64,000 nucleotides of DNA from Bdellovibrionales bacterium (GTDB taxonomy: Bacteria > Bdellovibrionota > Bdellovibrionia > Bdellovibrionales > UBA1609). Both the position numbers and the translations under genes were made by a program. Positions 61,886 through 64,000 of this stretch are shown piece by piece; the first letter of the stretch is position 1, and each line of letters starts with the position of its first letter. The notes beneath the pieces were generated by a model, which worked only from the letters and a program-made list of their open reading frames with translations, was not told the origin of the DNA and did not search any database. The stretch covers positions 59,683-123,682 of the forward strand of contig JAYUKW010000013.1 in NCBI GenBank assembly GCA_043764155.1, given 5' to 3'.

Positions 61886-62127
61886 AAAAACTAAAATCTA
61901 AAAATAAAATCTCAGAGAACATTAAACCTGCCGACGCATTAAAATTTTTGGAAGACTTCCGATTATTGGGATCAAACATAGATGGTCCAAAAAAAATGAT
62001 TAGTATCCGCTTACCTGAAAATTTAATTCGTAATTTAAAAAACAAAGCTAAAATTGAAAATAAAAAATATCAGGCTTTGATTATAGAAAGCATTCGAAGT
62101 TATCTAAAAAAAAATAAGGTCACTTAA
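61882..62127 (+). CDS. CopG/BrnA-like ribbon-helix-helix protein (putative antitoxin)
   Basis: ISIRLPE..I..LK.KA......YQ.LI. ATGA overlap with the upstream gene. Confidence 0.78.
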   Translation: MKKLKSKNKISENIKPADALKFLEDFRLLGSNIDGPKKMISIRLPENLIRNLKNKAKIENKKYQALIIESIRSYLKKNKVT

Positions 62128-62174
62128 AGTGCACGACGACCAATGTCCATATCGTCGTAGAAATTTAATAATTT

Positions 62175-62420
62175 CTATTTATTTTTAAGTAGGTAGTAAC
62201 AATAATTGATCGACCCTAGGTCTTCGATTTTTTTATCAATGATGTCTGAACAAATGTCTTCAGCCACTTTAGGGTTCATTCCCCGATTTTTATCTAAGAT
62301 CTCATCGACACAAGCTAAAAACTCACGGTAATCACTATTTGCAAATACAGATGAGGCACTACAAAATACACAAAACAAAAAAACCACAGTTTTAGATTGA
62401 GTCATATCTTTAAATACCAC
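62175..62420 (-). CDS. Small secreted Cys-containing hypothetical protein
   Basis: Signal-like N-terminus. Short ORF. Confidence 0.45.
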   Translation of the reverse strand: MVFKDMTQSKTVVFLFCVFCSASSVFANSDYREFLACVDEILDKNRGMNPKVAEDICSDIIDKKIEDLGSINYCYYLLKNK

Positions 62421-62465
62421 TCTAAGGTGATAACTGGTGAATAGTTCCTTTTGAAATGAAAAAAA

Positions 62466-62840
62466 TTACATAATAATCAGATAAATAATCAAGATATGCG
62501 TCAAATGATGGGCCATCTGATCTAAACCTAAAATATTCCAAAAACTATTTTGAGTTAAATCGTTGAATCGACCTAAATATTTTGGGCCTGATTTTATTCG
62601 ATCAATAAGAAAGTGAACGCTAAAATCAAATAGTGAAAGCCACCAAAGTTCTGGGGCAAAATAAAGACAAATGAAAAGTGTAAAAAATCCGTGAACTAAA
62701 CAGTGGCTCGCCAATGGCAAAATAAAACCCCAATCTGGTTTACTTTTTTTAAGCATGTAACTATTTTGAAATAAAAAATCACTTAAAAAATGTTTGATGT
62801 GATAAATAATTAAAAGTTTAAAAATTAATATTTCATTCAT
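62466..62840 (-). CDS. DUF3307-like membrane protein
   Basis: HFLSDFLFQ, L..H..VH, HFLID..K, GLDQMAH. Confidence 0.82.
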   Translation of the reverse strand: MNEILIFKLLIIYHIKHFLSDFLFQNSYMLKKSKPDWGFILPLASHCLVHGFFTLFICLYFAPELWWLSLFDFSVHFLIDRIKSGPKYLGRFNDLTQNSFWNILGLDQMAHHLTHILIIYLIIM

Positions 62841-62845
62841 TTTAT

Positions 62846-63517
62846 TTAATGCGACCCCGTACTCCCAAACCCACCTTCGCCTCGATCTGTCTCAGTCAAA
62901 TCATCAACCAGAATCAATTGGGCTTTAACCACAGGACAAATCACTAACTGCGCTATTCTTTCTTGATCTTCGATCACCACATCGTCTTGGCCTAAATTGA
63001 TCATAATCATTTTGATTTCACCACGGTAATCGGCATCAATGGTTCCAGGGGTATTCACTAAGGTCAGACCTTTTTTTAATGACAGGCCACTTCTTGGACG
63101 AGCTTGAATTTCGTACTCTTTAGGAATTTCTAAAGTAAGCCCCGTGGGCACTAATAAACGCTCAAAAGGCTTAATTGTGATTGGCTTGTCTAACTGAGCA
63201 CGGACATCTAGGCCGCTTGCCCCTGCTGATTCATACTGCGGAATGCTGCCTTTAAAGTGAGGCCAAACTTTAACTTTCACTTCAATCTTTGAATGAAAGT
63301 CCATATACTTTTTTACGTAATCTGAAATAATAGGATCAACATACTCAGTGAAGATCTGTTCTGCAGTGGAAACAAATTGTTGAACATCAAGGCCACTATT
63401 TTTTTTGCCGTTAGGCCTAACAGCTTGTTCAAATTTTTCTTTAGCCATTAAAAAAATAGTCTCTGCATTTTCTGCTAACAACTTTATTCTTAAACTCATT
63501 TTTTCAACATCAATCAT
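62846..63517 (-). CDS. dut: Trimeric dUTPase with long N-terminal extension
   Basis: ASGLD, RPRSGL, NTPGTIDADYRGE, RIAQL, RGEGGFGSTG. Confidence 0.95.
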   Translation of the reverse strand: MIDVEKMSLRIKLLAENAETIFLMAKEKFEQAVRPNGKKNSGLDVQQFVSTAEQIFTEYVDPIISDYVKKYMDFHSKIEVKVKVWPHFKGSIPQYESAGASGLDVRAQLDKPITIKPFERLLVPTGLTLEIPKEYEIQARPRSGLSLKKGLTLVNTPGTIDADYRGEIKMIMINLGQDDVVIEDQERIAQLVICPVVKAQLILVDDLTETDRGEGGFGSTGSH

Positions 63518-63530
63518 AAAACCTCTATTT

Positions 63531-64000
63531 TTAAAACGTCCACTTGAAATCTTTAAAGCTAGTCATTGAATTTGGGGCTAACCTATTAGTTTCCCCCATA
63601 CATAAAATCGACATTTTATCTTGAATCAAACTGTTTGGAAGCATTTTGTTAAACGACTCTATTGATATTTTATCTAAGTCTTCAATGACAGCTTCAGCAC
63701 TTCGATACTTTTTAAAAATCATTTCATTGACGCCAATGGAATTCATTCGACTTTCCAAATCATCCATACCCATCACAATGCTGGCCTTCACTTGAGTTTT
63801 ATATAAATTTAAATCATCAATAGAAATTCCATCTTTTAGCAAAAGCTTAAACTCTTGGTCTAATAATTCTAAAATAGCATTCACATTTTCAGACGCTGCA
63901 CCTATATAAATAGATAGGCTGCCCCCTTCTAAAAAAGATTGCAGATAAGTATAAACATTATAGGCCCAGCCCTTTTGCTCACGGACCACTTGGTAAAGTC
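63531..64000 (-). CDS. M16 (pitrilysin) family peptidase, C-terminal part, truncated by the window edge
   Basis: VREQKG.AY.V motif, located upstream of dut. Confidence 0.8.
   Translation of the reverse strand, partial: LYQVVREQKGWAYNVYTYLQSFLEGGSLSIYIGAASENVNAILELLDQEFKLLLKDGISIDDLNLYKTQVKASIVMGMDDLESRMNSIGVNEMIFKKYRSAEAVIEDLDKISIESFNKMLPNSLIQDKMSILCMGETNRLAPNSMTSFKDFKWTF

Overview
AT-rich bacterial chromosomal window. Gene content and order suggest a Bdellovibrionota-like organism (inference, not checked by database search). Backbone: HAD hydrolase, fatty-acid cis/trans isomerase, thrS-infC (ATT start), a complete alternative complex III operon (actABCDEF) beside system II cytochrome c maturation genes, a type II secretion operon (gspC-N), ssb, spoT/rpoZ/gmk/yicC/miaA/mutL, several beta-barrel and secreted orphan genes, a nucleotidyltransferase + ribbon-helix-helix module, dut and a partial M16 peptidase. 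The most unusual signal is non-coding. (A) A ~31-bp hairpin motif (approx. ATGC-N4-TTTTAT-ACCACCG-TAA-CGGAGGT) lies in-frame inside a DUF222-like/HNH endonuclease gene that interrupts the T2SS operon. It recurs five more times, always intergenic and next to orphan secreted-protein genes, suggesting an HNH-associated mobile repeat or cassette system. (B) A second family of nested, covarying hairpins with a GCGAAGC core sits just after stop codons. (C) A 25-bp inverted-repeat pair lies at 884-1015. No rRNA, tRNA or CRISPR array was recognised.
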